64,000 bases of DNA from Rhizophagus irregularis (lineage: Eukaryota). A program made the translations under genes and the position numbers. Positions 1 to 11,536 of the stretch are shown piece after piece. The first letter of the stretch is position 1. The number at the start of each line of letters is the position of its first letter. The stretch spans positions 4,092,001 through 4,156,000 of the forward strand of contig NC_089432.1 of the NCBI RefSeq assembly GCF_026210795.1. Direction: 5' to 3'. The notes under the pieces were generated by a model that saw only the letters and a list, made by a program, of their open reading frames with translations, searched no databases and was not told the DNA's origin.

Positions 1-2386
1 TCTTTCTTGGTAAAAATCAAAATTTTTTATTCGTCTATAATGTTGGCGTTATTTGAATAAAATTGAATAAATGGTTCTTATATCAACAGTTTTACTGGTA
101 TATAATTTGATTTAATATAAATGTTATTTTTGAAAAAAATTCTTGAAGGTTTCATTTCTTATTTCCATAAATTAAAAAATTTTCTAGTTCTAAATTAAAT
201 AAAAATTAATTAAAGGGGGCGAATCCGGGGGATGACGATTTTATGACCAACAAATACAGAATTATTTTGGCTAAAATATCATGTGGCATGAATAATAAAT
301 TTTTTTGTGTTATGAAGTATGAACAAGATTTTATTCAAAATTTTTAAAGATATCGATCCTAACCACACCGGTAAAATTTCAATGTTATTAATGTTATTTT
401 AATTGTGAAGATATAATTCGATTGACGATGATTATGGAAATTATGGAGATGTATTTCATAATAACAATGTTGTACCAATTGTATATTTTGTATTATTTGT
501 TGCCACTTCAATTGTTACATTGAACGAATAGTTAGAGTATCTTTGTGATTTCTATTAATTTAGCAATGAATATTAAATCTTTTTCTCTAAAATAAATAAA
601 GGAAAATACCAAGTTTTGGCAAATAAATTCCTCTTAAATTATTATCATTAGCATTATCATCATCGTATAATCAAAACTATGAATGCAAACTTTCAATTCT
701 GCTAAATTAATAAAGTTTGAAATTGCTTGAATTGGGAAATAAATTAAATAGTTGCGATTACAAAGTTCAAGAATTCCTTTAATTACTTTTTAAAAAGATT
801 CACCCTCTGTCTGATGTATATAATGTTATTTCTCTCGAATTTTTTTTTTTTTTGAGAGAATTAATATACTTATATTATCATTATAATTTGAACTTTTTTC
901 AGACATAATTTCTTCTGAGTCATGAGTTTGAGAGATCATTTCTAAATTATTATAAATTTTTAGATTTAATATTATCACAATCAAAAATTGATACGTATTA
1001 ATTTATGAATTATTTCTTCAGGACAGGAATCTTTAAAATTGAAAGTATGATAAAGATTTTGATGCAGAACATTCAAAAATATTCAAATTTTGGCATATTA
1101 AAATATTTAATAATTTTTAATCATTGATAATTATTTTATAATCAACAGGTGCTAATATCAAATACACTTTTGAGTCTTTGACTAATTTATTATTACTCTT
1201 GAAGAAATTATTTGAATATATAAACTAACCTTAAAAGTGGGTGTTTTTGTAATAATAAAAGATCTTTTTCTATTGTTTTTCAATAATAAATAATGAGGAG
1301 AATTTTGATTTCTTATTAAAACATTATTAGTTGTATTTCTTTCAAGAATTTCGGTAATCTTTTCTCCACAGGTAAATAAAGATTCTTCAATTTATTTCAG
1401 AAAAATATTCTAAGATTTCTTTAATAATAATACAATATATACTTTGGAAATTACCTATTGTTTTCTTTTTTATTTGAAGGTTAAAAAATTGAAACAAAGA
1501 AAAGTGACTTATTCATATTATGCCATTATGAATTATATATATATTTTTTATTTTAATCCCTCTGCCATGATAATCTTTAAGAATAATATAATGTCTATAT
1601 AATTGTTTTGCTTTGTATTCTATTTATTTTCGCAAAAATTTAATTTATCTTCCTTTAAAAATCACCTGTATAAATGATAAATTAGAAAAAATATATCCAT
1701 CAGTAAATGGATAATTAATTTAATGAATATTAAAAAATCAATTAACCAATATATGTCATTTTATGGAAATTCTTATTCAAATTAGAAGATATGAAACTTC
1801 AGTATTATGAAGAATAAATTCTGTAAAAGAAAAGCTTTTGAATGATTAAAATACTAAAATATAAATAAAATAGAAATGAAATGCTAAACGATTAAAATTC
1901 AGTAATAATCGTCGCATTTTTATAATTGTTACTTGTTAGTAATAAGTATAGTTGTAATCAAGGTTAAAAAACTTTTAATTGATCAATTCTTTTTTTGCTG
2001 GGGAAAATTAGAAAAGCTAAAATATTGGAAACTGAACTAGTAACTTTCTTTCAGTTTATTTTAACTTTAAGATTTATGTTTTAGTACTTACTTATTATAT
2101 TTTACAATTGAGTTATTTTCCTATATTTATTTTTTTTTAAAATAGAAAAGAATACAAGCATTAAAATTTTATATTTGATATTTGCAAAACATTTGAAAGA
2201 TATTATGGTATACACAAATTATGTTATTTAAGCATAAAAGAAAACTATATAAAAATGATTATATAAAATATACAATAAAATTATGACGATTTTATTTATT
2301 ATTTTATGTTTAAAGCAGTGTATTTACTATCTTGTAAATTTTTAGAAAAAAATAAACACTGTAAATAAAATGATTTAAGTTTTAAT

Positions 2387-3322
2387 TTAATAATTACCAT
2401 AAATTATTGATTTTTTCTGAAGGTTATTTAAATTATTTTTGGCTAACTCATTCCCTTGTTTGGCAGATTTTTCATACCAATATATTGCTTTATCTATATC
2501 TTTTGCAATTCCATTTCCTTTTTCATACATTAAAGCAAGACAATATTGCGCTTTATTATGTCCTAAATTTGCAGCATTTTGATATAATTCCAAAGCTTTA
2601 TTATAATCTTTATTAACACCAGCCCCAACTACATAACAATTACCAAGATTATATATTGCTATTACATTTCCTTTATCTGCAGCCTTTTCATACAAATAAA
2701 AAGCCTTTTTAAAATCTTTTTTAATACCTATTCCCTTTTTATAGCAACAACCAAGATTCAATTGGCCGTATGCTAAATTTTTAATAGCCACTTTTTCATA
2801 ATATTCAAAAGCTAATTTATCATTTTTCATAGTTCCAATTCCATATAAATAACAATGACCAATATAATGTTGTGCCAATATATGATTTGTTCCTAAATCA
2901 TTAATAAACAAATTAAATGCTTTTTCTTTATTTCTATTTGTTATGATTCCATAACAATTAAAATATCCAAGAATAAAAATAGAATTTGAACTATTTTGAT
3001 TATTTAATAACCAATTATAAAATTCTTGTGAATTTATATTATGATTAGAAAAATATTCAATAATTTGTTTTTCTGATTCCCGTTCAATCCCTTTAATATT
3101 TAATTCAGTAATAAAGTCATTTATTTTATCAACTATAATGTTAAAATCTTCAATTGTAAAATTTTCTTGTTTACTAAATATTACCATAGGATCAATTTCT
3201 TTAATATTAATTTTATCAAAATAATGAATAAGTTGAAATAAATCTCCTTGTAATTCTGAATTATTAGTACTTAAAGAAGTAAAATTAAATTTTTGTTCAT
3301 TTGTATACTCGATATCTTGCAT
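2387..3322 (-). CDS. Kinase-less Sel1-like repeat protein (one Sel1 repeat fewer than most paralogs)
   Basis: Intronless ORF. True ATG (MQDIEY) is at 3322 by comparison with paralogs. Repeats AQxxLGxCYxxGxGxxKDxxKAxxxYxKAA are of Sel1/TPR-like type. Confidence 0.9.
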   Translation of the reverse strand: MQDIEYTNEQKFNFTSLSTNNSELQGDLFQLIHYFDKINIKEIDPMVIFSKQENFTIEDFNIIVDKINDFITELNIKGIERESEKQIIEYFSNHNINSQEFYNWLLNNQNSSNSIFILGYFNCYGIITNRNKEKAFNLFINDLGTNHILAQHYIGHCYLYGIGTMKNDKLAFEYYEKVAIKNLAYGQLNLGCCYKKGIGIKKDFKKAFYLYEKAADKGNVIAIYNLGNCYVVGAGVNKDYNKALELYQNAANLGHNKAQYCLALMYEKGNGIAKDIDKAIYWYEKSAKQGNELAKNNLNNLQKKSIIYGNY

Positions 3323-3544
3323 TTTGAAATTATTGAGCGTTATCAAAACGTATTGAATAATGATAAGTTTAAGGAAAAAGTTAAGGAAAAAGTGAAAAGT
3401 AAAAGTATTAAAGTTTTATTGTGTATACCTATTTTATTTTATTTTTCTCCGATGATAGTCGTACAAGCGTACAGCGTGATTTAGTATGACCTGTAACCTG
3501 TTAAGTCAATCAACTTAGGTACCGCAGTAATTTTCATTTTCATA

Positions 3545-3554
3545 ATGACGTCAT
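3545..3554. promoter_or_regulatory. Palindromic CRE/ATF-type bZIP site ATGACGTCAT in the conserved upstream block of the Sel1 genes
   Basis: Perfect 10-bp palindrome here and at 16382, 28147, 34165, 41674, 53544 and 59572, each upstream of a Sel1 gene. A variant (GATGACGTTT) lies at ~18006. Confidence 0.55.
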
Positions 3555-4458
3555 CATTAAAATTGAATGTTGTCGTACGGTAAATAATTTATTAAAAGTA
3601 TTATAAGCCACATAATTATTTTAAACTACAGAGTACTATTAAGAGATATATAACTCCTTTCTTGGTAAAAATCAAATTTTTTTATTCTTCTATAATGGTG
3701 ATGTTATTTGAATAAAATTGAATAAATGATTCTTATATCGACAGTTTTACTGGTATATAATATGATTTAACATAAATGTTATTTTTGAAAAAAATTCTGA
3801 AGGTTTTATTTCTTTCCATAAATTAAAAAATTTTCTAGTTCTAAATTAAATAAAAATTAATTAAGGGGGGAATCCGGGGGATGACGATTTATGACCAACA
3901 AATACAAATTTATTTTTGGTTAAAGTACCATGTGGCATGAATAATAAATTTTTTCAAAGTTTTCCAAAGATATTGATCCTAACCACGCCGGTAAAATTTC
4001 AATGTTATTAATGTTATTTTAAATGATATAAATATTATTGTTTCAAAATTCTAACCATTCTATTTGAAAAAAAAAAATAAAAATAGAGAAAAGATTACAA
4101 AGAATAATTAAATTGGTTATATAATCAGAATTTAAATTAAAGCGCAGTAAGGAGTGTGGCTCTGTTAATAAATTTTTGGTGAAATGTTAAGTCTGGTAAT
4201 TTTAAATGCCGGTAAAACGGCAATGGAGTAGGTAAATTTTCATATCGGCAAAAATGGTGTCGGTTAATTTCATGTCGGTGAAATGGCTGTACTGTAACCC
4301 ATTACGTCATCTTAATATAATCAAAACTATGAAAACAAATTTTTTAATTCTGCCAAATAAGTGCAGTCACAAGGTTTAAAAATTCTCGAAGAATTAGAAA
4401 GATATTCGATAGTTAAGATTCAACATCTGTCTGGCGTGTAGTATGATAAGTTTTATTT

Positions 4459-4656
4459 CCCTATACAAAAAAGTACTAGATACGTTTTGTATACTGATTG
4501 ATACGCTTAGAGATACAGAAAAATACACAATTCCGTATCTTGCATACTAAAAAATGTATCATGTGAGATACGGAATTGTACATTTTTCCGTATCTAGACG
4601 TATCTCAGTATACATAACGTGTCTTTCAGAATAAAAGACTTATTTATTTTATAGGG
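4459..4656. mobile_element. MITE with CCCTATA...TATAGGG ends and 3-bp TSD (CACTA/CMC-like)
   Basis: Flanked by TTT on both sides; internal palindrome AGATACGGAATTGT/ACAATTCCGTATCT; absent from the paralogous site at ~38680. Confidence 0.7.
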
Positions 4657-5199
4657 TTTCTCTCATATTTTTTTTTGCGGATATTTATTATCATTATAAT
4701 TTGAATTCTAGTCTGAGAGATCACAGCTATTATTAGCAAATATATTTTTGAACGGTATCCGGTCTTTTCGCTAAGTTCATACTACTGAAACTCCAAAGTT
4801 AGTTATTTTGCCGAAGTGAAATTTTGCTGAAGTGATATCATTAAATTGAAGTTTTCAGATTTAATATTATCCAATCAAAATTTGTCCCGTTTTAATTTAT
4901 TAGGAGATTTTAATGTCGTATATTCGACATTTTTTATAAAAATAATTGATATTTTTGATTAATTATTTCTGTAAGCAGTTAATATCAAATACACCTTTGA
5001 CTAATTTATTATTATTTTTGAAGGAATTATTTGAATATATAAATTACTAACCTTAATTAAATGGGTTTTTGTAAAAATAATTGACCTTATTAAAAATTTT
5101 TTATAGCAATGAGATTTATTGGAGAATTTTTTTGTTTTCTTATTAAAACATTTTAGTTGTCATCCTTTCAAGAATTTCGGTAAATTTTTTCTCCTGAAT

Positions 5200-5335
5200 A
5201 AATACATACATTATTTATCACATATTATTTTCCACTAGTAAATAGACATGAATATAAAGTTTCTTCAGTTTATTTCTGAAAAATATTTCAAGATTTCTTT
5301 AATAATACAATACATATTTTGGAAGTGACCTATTG
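5200..5335 (-). pseudogene. Frameshifted F-box-like relic present in each repeat unit
   Basis: Minus strand reads across frameshifts as LPKY..CIIKEILKYFSE..EETLYSCLFT, resembling the F-box pattern LP..CI.EI..YL....LYSCL. Copies at ~1340, 31040, 39340, 44520 and 55770. Confidence 0.4.
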
Positions 5336-6213
5336 TTTTCTTTTTTATTAAAGGTAAATTATTGAACAAAGAGAGTGACTTGTTCATATATATAAAATAA
5401 ATTAAATCGCATAATATGAAATTAGTATGTATTTTTCTTTTTATTCTAATCCCTCCGCCATGATTATCTTTAAGAATAATATGACTTCTTTATAATTGTT
5501 TTGCTTTGTATTTATCTTCCTTTAAAAAATCACCTATATAAACAATAAATCAGAAAAAAATAAATGGATAATTATTTAAAAGAATATTATCAAACTACTA
5601 ATTAACTAACATGTGTCACATTATGGAAATTCTCATTTAATTAGATATGGAACTTCAAGAATTAAATTCTGTAAAAAAAAAAGCAATTGAATGATTAAAA
5701 ATAAATAAATTAGAAATGAAATGTTGCACTATTAAAATTCAGTAATAATCATTGCATTTATTATTAATAATAAATGTATAAATGTAGTTGTAATTAAGGT
5801 TAAAAACCTTAATTAATTAATTTATTTATTCTTTTTTTTTTGTTTGATGAGAAAGTTAGAAAAAGCTGAAATAATTTTATCATTTTGTATAAAATATCAA
5901 AAACCGACTAGCAACTTTTATTTTTAGCTTTAAGATTTATGTTTTACTTATTTATCATCTTTTTACAAGTGTATTTTTACATTTCAATGTTTGTTAATTT
6001 AAAAAGAAAGATATTATGACATACACAAAAATATAAAATAAATTTATTATATATAAAAATGATTATATAAAATAGATAAAATTATAACAATCTATTTATT
6101 TATATTTCTAAAGCAATATATTTATAACCTTGTAAAACAAATACTGTAATTCTGTAAATAAATGATTTAAGGTTTTAACAATTTAATAGTAATTAAAGGA
6201 AAATTATTATAAA

Positions 6214-6572
6214 TTATTTATTTTTTTTAAGGTTCTTTAATTTAATCTGTGCATCTTGATCTCCTTGTTTAGCAGATTTTTCATACCAATAAATTGCTTT
6301 ACCTATATCTTTTGTAATTCCATCTCCTTCTTCATACATTAAAGCAAGATTAAATTGTGCAGTATCATCTCCTAAAATTGCAGCATTTTGATATAATTCA
6401 AATGCTTTTTGCTTATTAATTTTAGTTCCAATACCATTATTATAACAATATCCTAACATCATTATTCCTCCTGAATATCCTCCTTCAGCTGATTGCTTAA
6501 ACAATTTAAAAGCTATATTATAATCTTTTTCAATACCAATTTCATTTCTATAACAATTACCAAGATTATATA
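6214..6572 (-). pseudogene. 3' half of a Sel1-repeat gene interrupted by the 8.9 kb transposon
   Basis: Reads [12 protein letters not shown]...LKKNK*. It joins in frame to 15486-16157 once the element and one TA are removed. Confidence 0.92.
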
Positions 6573-7294
6573 CTTTACTGAAACCTGTAATTTTTCAGCT
6601 TTGAAGCTACCTAGCTGCTACTTTTCTTCTTTTCCTAAGCTGCGGCTAGGCAACTGTGATTCAATGATTCACTTAAATTTTCTAATATCTTTTCGTTAAG
6701 TAGCTTATAAACAGAAGTTAGTTTTATTTAAGTGGCCTATAAGAAGTTGTTTGAACAATCGTAATATTATTTAATTAATGAAATTAATTTATCAAATAAA
6801 AGTCATAATAAGGCCGCCTACAAGAAACTTTAGAATTTACTAATCGATAATGAATGCCGATCATTTTTATTATGATTGCATCATCCGGACCTACGGATCT
6901 CTGGAAATTTTGCTATTAATGCCGGGTCCGTCTGATCGACAAATCAGGGACGTGACTTATTTTTTGACTTGATAATGACGTAATGACTCTAATAATGAGC
7001 GAGCTAATTTAATTTATTCTAATTATTAAAAAAAATGTAGTTATGTCTCAATCACAATTATATCAACTTGCCATTTTTAGTCGACAAAGATTTTTTTTTG
7101 ATTATTAAAAAAAAAAAAATTTTCTTTGACATCATTCTATCTGTTTTTTTCTAAAATTTCAATAATTTTTTTTTGTTAAAAAAATCCTTCTTTAGCTCCT
7201 CTGATTGATATAATAGTTTTTTTTTTGGTTAAAAAAAAAAATCCTTTTTCTTCTTTTAGTCCTCTAAATTTTAATCGTTCATTTTCAAGCAATT

Positions 7295-9020
7295 ATGTCG
7301 CAGAAAGATAAATCTGACGTAAATAATATCACTGCGCCTCAACAACAACCACTACCATACAATCCATACATGTTACCGCTCAAGGTGCCGTGACTCCAAT
7401 TATATCTAACCCACTAGTCCCACCTACTATGTCTCCAACATCTAATGCAGCTTCAAAATCTACTGAAACTGGTAATAGTATTTTATTTTATATAAACCCA
7501 CTTATGAATATTAACTCAAATTTAATAAATGATGAAGAGTTACAACGGAAAGATATGAATAACGAAACAGCTTATGATCAATGTGATGATCCACAAGACG
7601 ATAACCAAATTGTTGATACTGCTGAGTTACAGTGTAATTTTGTTTATTCATAATATTTAACGTTTATGGTAAGTATAAATTGTATAAATTATTAATCTAT
7701 ACTATTTTTTTAGCGGTAGATGAGCTTTTAGATCAACTCGATTTGCATGTTATTAGAAATTGTGAAGTGCGTAATAAAATTGCTCGACGATTCAATCTTG
7801 TAAATCTTGTATTAAAGGTAAAGTTAATTATCCATTAATGCAATTTGCTCATCAGGCTTGCAGATCATGCTTGCTAATGATTTCATATAGATTAATACTT
7901 TAAACACACTTGGTAAGCGAACGCATGTGAACATTGATAACGATATTGTGCAACCAAGAAAAAAAAGTGTTTCAACCAAAATAGTAAACAAATACAGATC
8001 ACCTGTGTAAGTACACTATTAATTATAACAATTTTTTTTTTCTTTTTCTTGTGATTAATTGATTTTTATTTATTTTATTATACTATAGCAATGAATATGA
8101 AAGATCTTTATCATCAACTGGTTATCAACTTCCGTCTCTTTTTTTTGATAAAGATGGAGGATTCCCTTTTTCAACTCGTCCAATGTCTAACCCACCAGAA
8201 AATTTACAAAATCCCGAAGATAAAAGCTGGCTAGACCAATATATGATTGATAAAGTATTAAGAGATAATAAACTTGTAAGTTTTGATTTAAAAATAATAA
8301 ATTACTAATTATATTATAGTAATAACTGAAAACAATTTTTGCCTTTTTCTTAGAATAATGAATGGTTATACAACAATCTTCGGGATGAATTACATTCATT
8401 ATTTTTACGAACACGTAACTTAGATGTTTCAAACAAATTGTTAAAGGATTTTGTAATGACTATGTATACCAGTCTTAATGCCATGCAAATAAGAGACTCA
8501 CTCGCAGATCGTTTACGAGGTTGTAATAATGATTGGCGATGCAAACTTTGGAAAAAAATTATAGCTTTATATAATAGTTTACGTCAAAAATATGACAAAG
8601 AGTAAGTATAATATTGCAGGAAATTTTTTTTTTTTTTAATTTTAATTAGAATTTAATTTTTGACTTTTTGTTTTCAGTGATCAACTTTCGGCAATGGACC
8701 TTTCAGATTTTTTGGTTAACGAAAATATTCAACAAGTTTTTAAGCAATGGACTGGAAATATCAGTCCAGATGCAATTAAAAATGCATCTGATGCATTAAA
8801 AAATGTAATATTGATAGGATTCAGATCACTAGAAAGTGCTGATTCACAGGAGAAGGCACATGACATATTTTTTAATCTTCATACTGATTTATATACGGTA
8901 AATCTTGATTTTCCTACTGATTATAATATTGGAACTTCAATTGATCTTTCACCGTACAATTTTGTATCTCAAAGCAGAAAAAGCAGCCCAAAAAAAATTA
9001 AAGATAACCATGAAAAATAA
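7295..9020 (+). CDS. Transposon accessory gene A (7 exons, unknown function; apparent 1-nt frameshift near 7378)
   Basis: Phase-compatible GT-AG introns join exons at approx 7295-7471, 7538-7633, 7714-7817, 7891-8006, 8089-8274, 8354-8601 and 8678-9020. The C-terminal part contains DELHSLFLRTRN, similar to gene B. Confidence 0.7.
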
Positions 9021-9294
9021 TAGTTGTTAGCTAGAAAATAGCCTATATTATAAATAATTATAAATAATTGCGATAATGTATTAAAATATGCGATAAATCG
9101 ATAATGTATTAAAATAATTGCTAATTTGCTTATATTGATATTGATAATCTTCATAAATTGATATTGATAATCTGCATAAATTGATAATAAATAATAATTG
9201 AAAATCAATTGAAAATCATTTTTAATCTGATAGTTTATCCCGTTAATCATAAACTTTTATTAAATTAAAAACTTTCGTTTTATTTTTCTGTAAA

Positions 9295-11139
9295 ATGCCA
9301 CCTAAGATAAATAAAAGGCAAACCAAACCTGTATCAATTGAAGTAAAACGAGGTAACTATAACGAAAATACAGTTAATAACAATGTAAATAATTTAAATA
9401 AAATACTATATTAATAATTTTTATTATTAAAGGACGCCCAAAAGGTAGCAAGAAAAAAACTGGAAATAATACTATATTAAATAAATCTAAATCCAGAGCA
9501 AATAAACGGCAAGTTGGTAATAATAAAATTACACCACCAAGAAACAAAACATCTTCAGTTGCTCGTAAAAATAAGAATCTTGATGAAGATGAAGACTACA
9601 GTCAAGAAAACGAAGAAAATATTAATGAAGAGGAATTATTGGAAAATTTGTCTGATATGAATTATGAAGAAGACCATAATAGTGAAGATAGTTTAGAAAG
9701 TAATATTTGTGAAAGCAATATTTGCTAATATGATTATCATATACATTAATTAATATTCATTTTTTAACGACTTTAAAGTTGTATCTCCAGAAAGAGGTTC
9801 GGAAGTGAGATCTAGACATGAAGCTATACCTCCATCACGAACTCCAGAAAGAAGCTCGGAAGTGAGATCTAGACATGAAGCTATACCTCCATCACGAACT
9901 CCAGAAAGAAGCTCGGAAGTGAGATCTAGACATGAAGCTATACCTCCATCACGAACTCCAGAAAGAAGCTCGGAAGTGAGATCTAAACATGTACCTCCAT
10001 CACGAACTCCAGAAAGAGGTTCGGAAGTGAGATCTAGACATGAAGCTATACCTCCATCACGAACTCCAGAAAGAAGCTCGGAAGTGAGATCTAGATATGA
10101 AGCTATACCTCCATCACGAACTCCAGAAAGAAGCTCGGAAGTGAGATCTAGACATGTACCTCCATCACGAACTCCAGAAAGAAGTTCGGTAGTGAGATCT
10201 AGACCTCTATCACAAACAGAAAGAAGTTCAACACCTTCATCAAGTGATGCGTCTTTACCAGCATCACTTTCAGAAATGTCAAACTTACTCGATATCTGCA
10301 ATTGGCTAGTCAAGCGACCACAAATTTTAGAACTCGCCAACCAAATGGTAGCAGCTAATAATACATCATCAAGTGCTAATACAATTGCAAATTACGTTCC
10401 TGGAATCAGTAATAATTCGCCTGTACTCACAGAAACAGGAGAGGTAAGATTATTTTATACTAATGACTAATTATAATTATATAATAAAATATTAATAAAT
10501 ACTGTCTGTATGACAAATTTAACAAATTTAGAATAAATCACGTTTATGGGATGAAGAAAGCAAATGCTTATTTTTGCGGATTCGTAATCCTTCATCTTCT
10601 GTCTTAGATAGCTTCATATTAGCTGTATTTGGATATCAGCCTTGTAGTGAAAAGGCAAAGGCAGTTTTTCAAGAAACGCGTAAAAGATTAGGGGATTTTA
10701 GAAATAAATTTAATGCTACATTACGTGGACTTGCCAGTGAGTTAAAGGAATCAAGACGCATGTATGTTTTGTGATTTGTTAATATTAATAAACATGCAAA
10801 TAAATAGTATACACTATTTTAAATTTTATTTCATTTTATTTTAAAAGAGAAAACATTAATACTATTACAATGCCTTCACAAAATATCATTGAGGAATTTA
10901 TTAGTGAAGAAGTCGTGATTCGAAAGGTATTAGCAAGATATTTTGTAACTACAAATGAAACTGAGCTTAGACGTAATGGATCATTAGATAGATTAGTAAG
11001 ATTTGTTCGGGAAGCATTTAAAATTCATTATAAAGATAGCAACAAGGAAAAAATTAAAGACCTTGATGTAATGACTAAGGATTTGGTTATTCCATCACGA
11101 AGTGGATATAATTTGGCGAGTTCTTTAACGGTACATTAA
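9295..11139 (+). CDS. Transposon accessory gene B: AT-hook, acidic tract, R/S/P tandem repeats, conserved helical C-terminal domain
   Basis: Exons approx 9295-9351, 9433-9699, 9779-10443, 10532-10761 and 10849-11139 splice in frame. Splicing creates KRGRPKGSKKK, which matches the AT-hook consensus. Confidence 0.8.
9786..10203 (+). repeat. Coding tandem repeat, 57-bp unit (54-bp variants), about 7 copies
   Basis: Unit encodes RSRHEAIPPSRTPERSSEV; copies are nearly identical. Confidence 0.95.
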
Positions 11140-11536
11140 TATGAAATACTTTTGTTATTTTTATTCTAATTATTAATCAATTTTTTTTTTAGATACTTTA
11201 AACCTCCTATATATTGATGATAAAGCTTTAATGCGAATATTTTTATGAAAATTTATTTTATATATTTAATTATTAATTTCAAAAAAGTACATATTTGTAA
11301 TAGCAAAACATAAGCGTGTTTAATCTATTGTTTATATTTGTATTGTTTGTTATTGAAATATACTTTAGCTTAACAGTATACTTTGAAGTTTATTTTTAAG
11401 TTAAAAATAATATAGTACTAGCTTAATTTAATAAACTATACTTCGAAAGTTTATTTTTAAGTCAAAAATAATAGTATAAAAATAAAACTTAGTCATTTTT
11501 TTCAACTAAAGTTTTCTTTCGCATTCAATATCCAAT

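Noticed and set aside
345..390. EF-hand-like loop DPNHTGKIS
   Set aside because: Lacks the position-12 acidic residue and lies in a broken frame; likely chance.
2387..3322. Intronless Sel1 genes as retrocopies
   Set aside because: They keep the parental promoter and flanks, lack poly(A) and TSD, and miss the kinase exons, so DNA-level deletion explains them better.
9786..10203. Regular repeats suggesting a CRISPR array
   Set aside because: Contiguous in-frame units without unique spacers, no cas genes, eukaryotic context.
9750..10340. 196-aa minus-strand repeat ORF (CLDLTSELLSGVRDGG)
   Set aside because: Antisense shadow of the coding repeat in gene B, whose plus-strand frame is supported by splice sites and a homolog.
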